Assembly: GCA_947482115.1 (NCBI GenBank)
Contig: CANKII010000001.1
Span: 577,840-641,839, forward strand
Reading direction: 5' to 3'
DNA from: Fibrobacterota bacterium
GTDB taxonomy: Bacteria; Fibrobacterota; Fibrobacteria; UBA11236
Length of the DNA: 64,000 nucleotides
The notes beneath the pieces are model-generated. The model was not told where the DNA came from, made no database searches, and saw nothing but the letters and a program-made list of their open reading frames with translations. This document shows positions 39,442 to 47,215 of the stretch, in pieces (within the stretch, counting starts at the first letter, position 1; the number at the start of each line of letters is the position of its first letter). The translations under genes and the position numbers were made by a program.

Positions 39442-39474
39442 AAGCCCGCTCCGACCAGAGCGGGCTTTTTTATT
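39442..39474 (+). terminator. Intrinsic terminator (aagcccgctc-cgacca-gagcgggctt + TTTTTTATT) 52 nt upstream of the cimA ATG; attenuator terminator
   Basis: Read directly: 10-bp GC-rich stem followed by a T-tract. The upstream segment gagcgg (39407..39412) can alternatively pair with ccgctc (39446..39451), which would form an antiterminator. Confidence 0.55.
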
Positions 39475-39525
39475 GGGGGGTAAAACAGAAACACGGAAAA
39501 TGGAAAACAAAAAAGGCGGGAAGCC

Positions 39526-41106
39526 ATGAAAAAGCAAGTCTTCATATACGACACCACTTTGCGGGACGGCAATCAAGCCAAGGGCCTTTCCCTTTCGCTG
39601 GAAGACAAGCTCACCATCGCGCGCAAGCTGGACGATTTCGGAGTCGACTATATCGAGGGTGGATGGCCCAATGCCACCAATCCCACCGACGTCGAATTCT
39701 TTGCCCGCGCCCGGAAGATGACCTGGAAGTACGCAAAGATTGCGGCATTCGGCAGCACCTGCCGTCCCAACGGAAAACCGGAGGAAGATGCGAGCTTGCG
39801 GCATTTGGTGGACACACAGGCTCCGGTGATCACTATTTTCGGCAAAAGCTGGGACTTGCATGTCACCGACGTGTTGCGTACGACGCTCGAGGAAAATCTC
39901 CGGATGATCCGCGACTCCGTGGCGTTCCTCAAAAAACACGCTTCCGAAGTGGTATACGATGCCGAACATTTCTTTGACGGCTACAAGGCCAATCCAGAAT
40001 ATGCCATGTCGACCTTACGTGCGGCAAAAGAAGGCGGTGCGGATTGTCTTGTGTTATGCGATACCAACGGTGGCATGGCCTTGTCGTGGGAACTCGAAGA
40101 AATCACCGCCTTGGTAAAACGAACTTTGGATGCACCGTTGGGAATCCATGTTCACAACGATACGGGCGTAGCCATCGCCAACAGCCTCGCTGCGGTACGC
40201 GCAGGTGCGACGCAAGTCCAGGGCGTATTCAACGGTTACGGCGAGCGCTGCGGTAACGCCAATCTCACCGTCATCGTTCCCGATTTGCAGCTTAAGATGG
40301 GCTACAAGGTGGTTACGGATGAACAACTGGGGAAACTGCGCAGCCTTAGCCTGAGCATCAGCGAAGTCGCCAATCTCACAGACGATATCCGTCAGCCGTA
40401 CGTGGGTGAAGCGGCCTTTGCCCACAAAGGCGGAGCGCATGTGGATGGAGTCATGAAAGTGGCCCGCAGTTTCGAGCACATCGATCCGGCATTGGTGGGA
40501 AATGCCCGCGACTTCATCGTGTCCAATCAAAGCGGCAGCAGTTTGATCTGGGACAAGATCCGCGCCATCGTTCCCGAAGTGGACAAGCGCAGCCCTGAAG
40601 TGGCCGCGATATTGGCCGAGGTAAAGCACAAAGAGGATTCCGGATATCACTTTGAAATCGCCGATGCGAGTTTTCAATTGCTGGCCCGCCGCCATCTGGG
40701 TTTGTTTCAAGATCGCTTTGAATTTCTTGGCTTCAAATCCACCGAGGAACGCAAAGAAGATGGAGGACTGCATTCGGAATTCAGCCTCAAGTTGAAAGTC
40801 GGAAATGAAGTCGAGGAAACCTCCGCTGTGGGAAATGGTCCGGTAGACGCGATGAACGCCGCCATGTTGAAAGGTTTGATCCGTTTCTTCCCGAACTTGA
40901 AATCCCTCGAATTAATCGACTTCAAGGTCCGGGTGTTGGACAACGCCAAAGGCACCGGGGCGACAGTTCGCGTCTGGACGCGCTATCTCGATCATGCGCA
41001 TCCGGAAATGGAACCTTACGGAACCATCGGTGTTTCCACCAACATCATCGAAGCGTCATGGCTGGCGTTGATGGACGGGATTCATTACAAGTTGATGCGG
41101 GGATAA
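39526..41106 (+). CDS. cimA: (R)-citramalate synthase (LeuA/CimA family, short 'LeuA_allo' type)
   Basis: 526 aa. IYDTTLRDGNQAKGLSLSLEDKLTIARKLDDFGVDYIEGGWP and a C-terminal LeuA-dimer-like regulatory domain. The length and the N-terminus fit CimA rather than LeuA. Confidence 0.75.
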   Translation: MKKQVFIYDTTLRDGNQAKGLSLSLEDKLTIARKLDDFGVDYIEGGWPNATNPTDVEFFARARKMTWKYAKIAAFGSTCRPNGKPEEDASLRHLVDTQAPVITIFGKSWDLHVTDVLRTTLEENLRMIRDSVAFLKKHASEVVYDAEHFFDGYKANPEYAMSTLRAAKEGGADCLVLCDTNGGMALSWELEEITALVKRTLDAPLGIHVHNDTGVAIANSLAAVRAGATQVQGVFNGYGERCGNANLTVIVPDLQLKMGYKVVTDEQLGKLRSLSLSISEVANLTDDIRQPYVGEAAFAHKGGAHVDGVMKVARSFEHIDPALVGNARDFIVSNQSGSSLIWDKIRAIVPEVDKRSPEVAAILAEVKHKEDSGYHFEIADASFQLLARRHLGLFQDRFEFLGFKSTEERKEDGGLHSEFSLKLKVGNEVEETSAVGNGPVDAMNAAMLKGLIRFFPNLKSLELIDFKVRVLDNAKGTGATVRVWTRYLDHAHPEMEPYGTIGVSTNIIEASWLALMDGIHYKLMRG

Positions 41107-41119
41107 AATCCCGCGCTCT

Positions 41120-42973
41120 TCAAGGCTGTGAAAATCGGAGTCTATCTAAATATTCCAGCGCACTGGGAAAACCCGGCTTGACTTTCAAAGCCTTGCGAAA
41201 CAGAATTTCTGCGGTTTTCATGTCGCCCAAGATGGCCCGATCCACTCCCTGATTCACATAAGACGTCGCATAATCCGCCTTGATTTCCCCAACGAAAAGA
41301 TGATTGCCATCCGGCAAAGGTCTGAAAGAAAATTCTTTCACGGGAAGAATGGCGACATTGGTGTCCCGGAAAAGACGCAGCACGAGACCCGAAGCGACAC
41401 CCTTATATCCTTCGGGTGAAACCTCCGGGGTGGCATAAACCGGCCGCTTCCCATAATTTGTTCCGATAAAACTTTGCGCAACTGAAATGAACCGGGATTT
41501 CAGAAGCATGCCGCTATTCAACCCGCGATCGAACGCATTCATTTCACGAATGGCGGTTTCCACTTCGGAACGCGAATTCTCAACCAGCCAGGGATAACGC
41601 TGCTCAAGCTGAGGAAAGTACCAGGCCGATTCCAAAAAGGATTTATCAATCACCGTCACATCGGGCCTCATTCCCTCCACCAACTGGAGATAATAAGCGG
41701 GCATGGTGAACTGCGGCCCCTGATCCGAAAAAATGATCGCTCCGGAATCCACGGAATCGAAAACATTTCTCACATAGTCCTCAACCGCATAATCACGGCT
41801 TTCGTCAATGGCACGGTAGTGGACACATAACGGGGAAAAAACCAGCATCAGACATAAAATCCGGGCAAACCGTAACAGCATCTTCCCGCGCATGATCTCC
41901 AGAGAGAAATAAATCCCGTATGCGATCCAAATTCCCGTCGTGACATAAGCCAACAGGTAATAGGAATCTATGTCGGTTATGCCATAATTACTGGAATAAG
42001 CCAGACAACAAAAAAAGAGCAGCGCCGAAAAAACCAGCATTCTTTTGAAGCGCCGGAAAAGCCCCACCAATCCAATAAATGCAAAGAACAGCGGAACATA
42101 TCCGAACTCTGACGGATAAGTTCTGAAAAAGTGCTGAAGGTGACCTTCAGCGGTATCGAATGAAGCAAACATGGCGGCATGATATTGTTTGCCGGTGACA
42201 TGCCACCAAAACTCCTGGAGGGTGACGGGATTGCCCCAATTCATCAAGGGATGTTGGGCGGCGCGCAACGGGAGATAGAGGTAAAGGGACAATCCGATGA
42301 GAAATGGAATCGCCGCCATCGCAATCTTGATCCATGAAGCGCGTGAAAAGCCCTGAGTCGCGAAGAAGAGGTAAAGAAACCCGGGGGCAAGCAGAATGGT
42401 CGTCATGTGATTGGTGAAACTCAATCCCAATATCAGGGCAAACAGATGCCATAACCGGTTTGAATGCGGATTTTCCAAAACCGAGCGGACAAAAAGCAGA
42501 ATCAACAGTGATAGAAAAAGGAGATGGAGGGGATAAACTTCAACCGAAAGCGCCTGGGACCAGAATGTACCGGAGAAGGCGAGAATTAATGCTGCAGATG
42601 CGGACGCGATTCTCGCGGAAGCTTCCCGAACGCTCCCTGCGACAGCGGATTTGTTTAAAAGCAGCCGCAGAAACAGCTGGTAAAAGAAAAAAACCGCAAT
42701 GGAACACAGAACCGCAGACATGAGGTTCAGCTTCCAAATGATTCGCCCCCCAATGGGAAGATGAGCGAACACCCAGCCCAAAAGAGTGAACAACGGATAA
42801 CCGGTGGGATGTGCAATACCCAATGTTGATGCAACCACCGCCAATTCCCCGCTGTCCATGGGCAGAACCGAGGGTGCAAGCGTGCTCAAATAGACGAGAA
42901 ATGCAACCAGCGAAAGGAGCAAGCCAACCCAAACGTCGCTTTGAAAAAATTTTAAGCGCTTTGGATCTCTCAT
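41120..42973 (-). CDS. DUF2723-type polytopic membrane protein (PMT/TMEM260-like GT-C glycosyltransferase fold) with a C-terminal TPR-like region
   Basis: 617 aa. About 11 TM helices in the N-terminal ~450 aa, a DUF2723-like N-terminus (LAPSVLPMDSGELA) and a soluble C-terminal domain. Confidence 0.55.
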   Translation of the reverse strand: MRDPKRLKFFQSDVWVGLLLSLVAFLVYLSTLAPSVLPMDSGELAVVASTLGIAHPTGYPLFTLLGWVFAHLPIGGRIIWKLNLMSAVLCSIAVFFFYQLFLRLLLNKSAVAGSVREASARIASASAALILAFSGTFWSQALSVEVYPLHLLFLSLLILLFVRSVLENPHSNRLWHLFALILGLSFTNHMTTILLAPGFLYLFFATQGFSRASWIKIAMAAIPFLIGLSLYLYLPLRAAQHPLMNWGNPVTLQEFWWHVTGKQYHAAMFASFDTAEGHLQHFFRTYPSEFGYVPLFFAFIGLVGLFRRFKRMLVFSALLFFCCLAYSSNYGITDIDSYYLLAYVTTGIWIAYGIYFSLEIMRGKMLLRFARILCLMLVFSPLCVHYRAIDESRDYAVEDYVRNVFDSVDSGAIIFSDQGPQFTMPAYYLQLVEGMRPDVTVIDKSFLESAWYFPQLEQRYPWLVENSRSEVETAIREMNAFDRGLNSGMLLKSRFISVAQSFIGTNYGKRPVYATPEVSPEGYKGVASGLVLRLFRDTNVAILPVKEFSFRPLPDGNHLFVGEIKADYATSYVNQGVDRAILGDMKTAEILFRKALKVKPGFPSALEYLDRLRFSQP

Positions 42974-43088
42974 ATTCAGAGAATCTTAACAAAACCGACT
43001 CGCCGCTTATATTGCTCTGGGAAAAAGAGCGGATTTTCAGAGCAATTTCAGAGCAGCCGTTCCCATTCGTGCGGGACTCCATTATTTT

Positions 43089-43928
43089 GTGGACACCATG
43101 AACACCGCGCCGGACATAGCCGGGTACACTGATTACCGGAAATATTTGCAGGACGCTTATGTCGCCCGTAAATCCTGGGACGGAAAATTTTCCCAACGAT
43201 TCATCAATCAAAAAATGGGAACCCGATCCTCCGGATGGTTTGCGGACGTCCTTGCCCGAAGGCAAAAACTCAAACCTCATCATGCAACCCAGATCGGCAC
43301 AATATTCAAGCTTGAATCCAGGGAGCGGGATTTTCTGAGGGTGCTCATTGAATTGGAGCAGGCCTCAACACCCGAAGAAAGAACCGCGGCGTATGACAAA
43401 TGGTTCAGTCTCAAGGGCATGCGCGAGGAAATAGTCTCGAAGGATCGTTTCAAATATTTTGAGCATTGGTACTATCCGGCCCTTCGCGAATTATTGACGC
43501 TAAAACCGTTTCAGGTAAATTACGCCGCCCTCTCCACATTGCTTTATCCCCCCATAAAACCCGCCCAGGCGAAGGAAGCCGTGGAGACCTTGATTCGGCT
43601 GGGACTTGTTTTTCCGGGAGCCCCTTCCCCCCTCCCCGTTCTCGTTAAGGACTCTTCAAGCAAAACAAATCACTGGCACAAGATCCTGAAATCGTACATG
43701 CAGCTTGCATTGCCCGCCCTGAAAAAATTTTCCAAGGAGGAGCGCAATTTCTCCTCTCTGACACTCACCTTTTCGCCGGAAGGATTGAAAAAGGCCGGTG
43801 ATGAAATTGCGGCCCTTCGCAGCAGACTTCTGATGCTGTCCGAGAAAGATCGGGATCGGGATCGGGTTTATCAATGCCTCTTTCAGGTCTTTCCACTGTC
43901 ATTACCGGTGGAGACCCAAGGTGATTGA
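43089..43928 (+). CDS. Hypothetical protein, TIGR02147-like (Fibrobacter-type paralogous family; possible HTH regulator)
   Basis: 279 aa. The N-terminal YTDYRKYLQDAY...FSQRF pattern matches my recollection of TIGR02147 members. The assignment is tentative. Confidence 0.35.
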   Translation: MDTMNTAPDIAGYTDYRKYLQDAYVARKSWDGKFSQRFINQKMGTRSSGWFADVLARRQKLKPHHATQIGTIFKLESRERDFLRVLIELEQASTPEERTAAYDKWFSLKGMREEIVSKDRFKYFEHWYYPALRELLTLKPFQVNYAALSTLLYPPIKPAQAKEAVETLIRLGLVFPGAPSPLPVLVKDSSSKTNHWHKILKSYMQLALPALKKFSKEERNFSSLTLTFSPEGLKKAGDEIAALRSRLLMLSEKDRDRDRVYQCLFQVFPLSLPVETQGD

Positions 43929-45234
43929 CCGGAAAAATATTTTCCAGGGCATCGCCTTGGCTGCGATGCTTTTGTTTTCCGCCTGCCAGTTTCTCAGCAA
44001 TGGCGGCACGGAAATCCCCAACGAGCTTACCGGTAACCTGTATCTTCAGGGTGGAATGCCATCGGCCTACACGGAAGTAATCCTGTATCCCGTGGATTAT
44101 GTTCCCGGAGATGCAGGCTCGATGGCGAAGCGAAGAATCACCCGAACAGACAGCACCGGCAGATTCCGCTTCAAAAACATCCCTGCAGGATGGTATAATG
44201 TATTCAGCCGTCAGGGTCTTCAAAATTCCATGGATAGCGTATTTGCCTTTTCCGATTCCATTACGCTTTCAAGTGGAACGCGGGAAATGCCACCCGACAC
44301 CTTGCGACATCCCGGCTCCCTGAGCGGCATCGTGCAACTGCGCGCGCAGGACGATCCCAGAACTGCAACGGTGCAATTGCTCGGAACCGATTATTCAGGT
44401 TCCGTCGATTCCAACGGGAGATTTCAGATTCCGCGCGTGGCGCAGGGCATTTACCCTGTACGGGTTATCACCACACTTCCGGATTATGCACCGGGTATTC
44501 AGCAGGTGACCGTACAGTCAGGCAGAAACGACACCTTGCCGGATATTCTCATCCTCAGCTATCCGAAGCATTTTACCATCAACAATTCCACCTCTGCTTT
44601 ATGGACTTTTGACATCCTCAGCAATACCGGTACGATTCAAGATGTCGTGAATGGCTTCCTCTTGACACCATCAAAACCGATGCCCTATGAAGCCACATCT
44701 TTTGGTTTCGCTGTGGCCATGAACGGGACGGGCCAGTACTTCGCCATTGAAAATCACCTGGAGTTGACAATCAGTGCCACGGGAAAGGTCACTTATGAAG
44801 CCCGCATTTATCTGGATCAATATCCGGCGGGTTCCTTTATGGAAGCGTCTTCAGTTATCAGCCTGAATCGGGACCTCAATCTCCAAATCAATTCGGATGG
44901 AAGCCTTCAAATCTGGACGAGGAAGCTGGATCTCACAGCAACCGCTTATGATTATATCCCGGTCAGCGCGCCGGGGGTCATTCCATTAAAACGCTGGGTG
45001 GATGTGGCGGTGGCTCTCGATCAAGGTGCGCATCAATGCTATGGCTATGTGGATGAAAAACCCGTTTCACTATCCGTGGGATTTGTGAATGCGGACCCCT
45101 TCGAGGTTTTAAAATCACGCCTGTTCGTCGGCAATGATTCCCTGAACAGTCAGCAATTCATCGGGAAGATCGACGAACTGAGGATTTCAACCAGCTTAGT
45201 CCTCGGAGCAGGCCTGCCCCTCGTCATTAAATGA
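43921..45234 (+). CDS. Secreted lipoprotein with two carboxypeptidase-regulatory-like beta-sandwich domains and a C-terminal LamG/concanavalin-A-like lectin domain
   Basis: Lipobox LLFSACQF. TDSTGRFRFKNIPAGWYNV and VDSNGRFQIPRVAQGIYPV are CarboxypepD_reg-like. The C-terminus has a ConA-like jellyroll signature (GKIDELRIS). Confidence 0.5.
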   Translation: MIDRKNIFQGIALAAMLLFSACQFLSNGGTEIPNELTGNLYLQGGMPSAYTEVILYPVDYVPGDAGSMAKRRITRTDSTGRFRFKNIPAGWYNVFSRQGLQNSMDSVFAFSDSITLSSGTREMPPDTLRHPGSLSGIVQLRAQDDPRTATVQLLGTDYSGSVDSNGRFQIPRVAQGIYPVRVITTLPDYAPGIQQVTVQSGRNDTLPDILILSYPKHFTINNSTSALWTFDILSNTGTIQDVVNGFLLTPSKPMPYEATSFGFAVAMNGTGQYFAIENHLELTISATGKVTYEARIYLDQYPAGSFMEASSVISLNRDLNLQINSDGSLQIWTRKLDLTATAYDYIPVSAPGVIPLKRWVDVAVALDQGAHQCYGYVDEKPVSLSVGFVNADPFEVLKSRLFVGNDSLNSQQFIGKIDELRISTSLVLGAGLPLVIK

Positions 45235-46110
45235 CCCATCGCAAATGGCCATGTAAATCCTGCCATTCTTCGCGGGCTGCAAATACACCTTCGACGGATT
45301 CGCAATAACCCCCTCCCCATCCACTTCCACATAACCACGCTCAAGTCGGTAGCTTTCACCGCTTTCAATTTCTGCGGAATCAAAGGGAACGAGCACATTG
45401 TTGGCCAGATGCCAAATATGAAGGGTAAAAGGTGTGTTGCCCGTGTTCAACATCCGTATCGTGTCTCCCCCCATATTCCAGTCTCTTACAGGCTCTGATG
45501 TAAAGGCTTTCATCCGTCCGAAATCCAATCCGTATTGGGACATGTCCACTTCCACCGCATCCGACCGGTAAAGTTTAAAGTCCAGGACTTTCGCAAACAC
45601 ATTGAATGAAACTTCCTGCGAAAGATTCAGAGTGTCTCCCTGTGCATCCGTGGTATTACCGGAAATATTGGCCTCCGCTGCATTATCCCCCATGGGAAGC
45701 AAACTGTCCGGCCCCAAACCATCCAAACGATTGCCGTGCACCACGTTCAGTGTGATGACTTGAAGTATCGGGGCATTTTTGGCGGGTTGCAAAACCTTGA
45801 TGGTGGACGGACTGAAGTAAAAATGCGGATTGTTCGTGGTCAAATGGATGTTGCGAATGTCCACGTCTCCCGTGTTTTTCAGAACAAAAAATCTTTGGAT
45901 GGAACTTTTCGCGTCGCCCAAATCAAATTCAAGGGCTTTCGAACCCGTATCCTGAACCGGAATTTTTTCAACAGCTTTTTTTGCGGATGCCAGAGAAGCA
46001 AACTGGAGATGACCGGGCCGGAGTCCGCCATTTGCATTGGTGAGACTGGCATCCTTGCTCATGCAAGCAACAAAAACCGACACCAGCCCAAAGGCAAAAC
46101 AACGTCTCAC
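45196..46110 (-). CDS. Lipoprotein of unknown function, paralogue A
   Basis: Lipobox VFVACMSK. Clear paralogy to the adjacent gene (LTTNNPxFYFSPSxI...LPMGxNxAxAxxSGxTxD). Confidence 0.5.
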   Translation of the reverse strand: MRRCFAFGLVSVFVACMSKDASLTNANGGLRPGHLQFASLASAKKAVEKIPVQDTGSKALEFDLGDAKSSIQRFFVLKNTGDVDIRNIHLTTNNPHFYFSPSTIKVLQPAKNAPILQVITLNVVHGNRLDGLGPDSLLPMGDNAAEANISGNTTDAQGDTLNLSQEVSFNVFAKVLDFKLYRSDAVEVDMSQYGLDFGRMKAFTSEPVRDWNMGGDTIRMLNTGNTPFTLHIWHLANNVLVPFDSAEIESGESYRLERGYVEVDGEGVIANPSKVYLQPAKNGRIYMAICDGSFNDEGQACSED

Positions 46111-46132
46111 ACAAATCCCTTCGAAAGTTTAA

Positions 46133-47074
46133 CTACCAGCCCGAGGGGTAAAAGATTCCGGTAAATTTACCATTAGTCGCAGAGTTGACGCTGGCCTGCA
46201 GCCACAACTTTTCGGATTTGGCGACAACACCATGCCCGTCGATTTGAATCAGCGGTGCGCCGGGTTTCCCGTCGAAGGATACCACCATGTTGCATCGTGG
46301 GGCGACCTCCATCGAATCTGCTGCAACCGCGATATAGTTGGCATCATTGTAAAAAGCCTTAACCTTGAAACTCGTGTTTCCAGAATTGAAAATCCTCAAT
46401 GTGGGGCTACTCAGGGGTTTTTTGCCCGTATAGAATCCGCGCACCGCATCGCCGGTAATGCCACCATACCCCCCGAAATTGAAATTGTTGCGTGACATGT
46501 CCACAAGCGACGAGTCAAACGAATAAAACTCTACATCAAAGATTTTCGCGTAAACCTTAAATTGAGCCAACTGGGAAATGGCGATCGAGTCGTGATGGCT
46601 ATCCGAGGTCGTTCCGGACACTGAAGCCGTCGCGATATTTGCGCCCATGGGCAGTTGAGACGCCGGGCCCACTCCGTTGATCTGGGTGCCGTGAATGACA
46701 CAGAGTTTGACCAGTTGCAGCAATGAGGATGTTTTAGCAGGTGCTAAGATGTCAATTTCCGAGGGACTGAAATAAAAATTAGGGTTGTTCGTGGTCAACT
46801 TGACATGCTTCACGTCGCAATCCCCGGTGTTTTGCAACAGGAAGTATTGCTGAATGGAACTGTTGGCCGTATCGAGGTCAAATGTGTACGTGGTTGAAGA
46901 ACCCACCGTCTTCAAAGAACTGGTGACCTTGGCCAACCCTTTCATGGAAACCAGTTGGATCTGTCCCGGTTGTGAATCACTTGAAATGGGTGCGGTAACG
47001 GAATCTTCCTTGTTCATGCAAGCAGTAAAGCCCAAGACCAGCGCCAAAATGAGAATCTGTTTCAACTGTTTCAT
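46133..47074 (-). CDS. Lipoprotein of unknown function, paralogue B
   Basis: Lipobox LGFTACMNK. Tandem paralogue of 45196..46110. Confidence 0.5.
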   Translation of the reverse strand: MKQLKQILILALVLGFTACMNKEDSVTAPISSDSQPGQIQLVSMKGLAKVTSSLKTVGSSTTYTFDLDTANSSIQQYFLLQNTGDCDVKHVKLTTNNPNFYFSPSEIDILAPAKTSSLLQLVKLCVIHGTQINGVGPASQLPMGANIATASVSGTTSDSHHDSIAISQLAQFKVYAKIFDVEFYSFDSSLVDMSRNNFNFGGYGGITGDAVRGFYTGKKPLSSPTLRIFNSGNTSFKVKAFYNDANYIAVAADSMEVAPRCNMVVSFDGKPGAPLIQIDGHGVVAKSEKLWLQASVNSATNGKFTGIFYPSGW

Positions 47075-47215
47075 AAGTAACCTCCGAGTTGGATACCCTT
47101 TAGTTTAGGAGCCGAAAAACCTCGCGTCAAGAGAAATCACAGTTTCGGACAAATAACCGCTCTGTAAATAAGAGCGTTACAGGGGAAATGTTTTTAAAAA
47201 GGCCGGATTTGCTTT

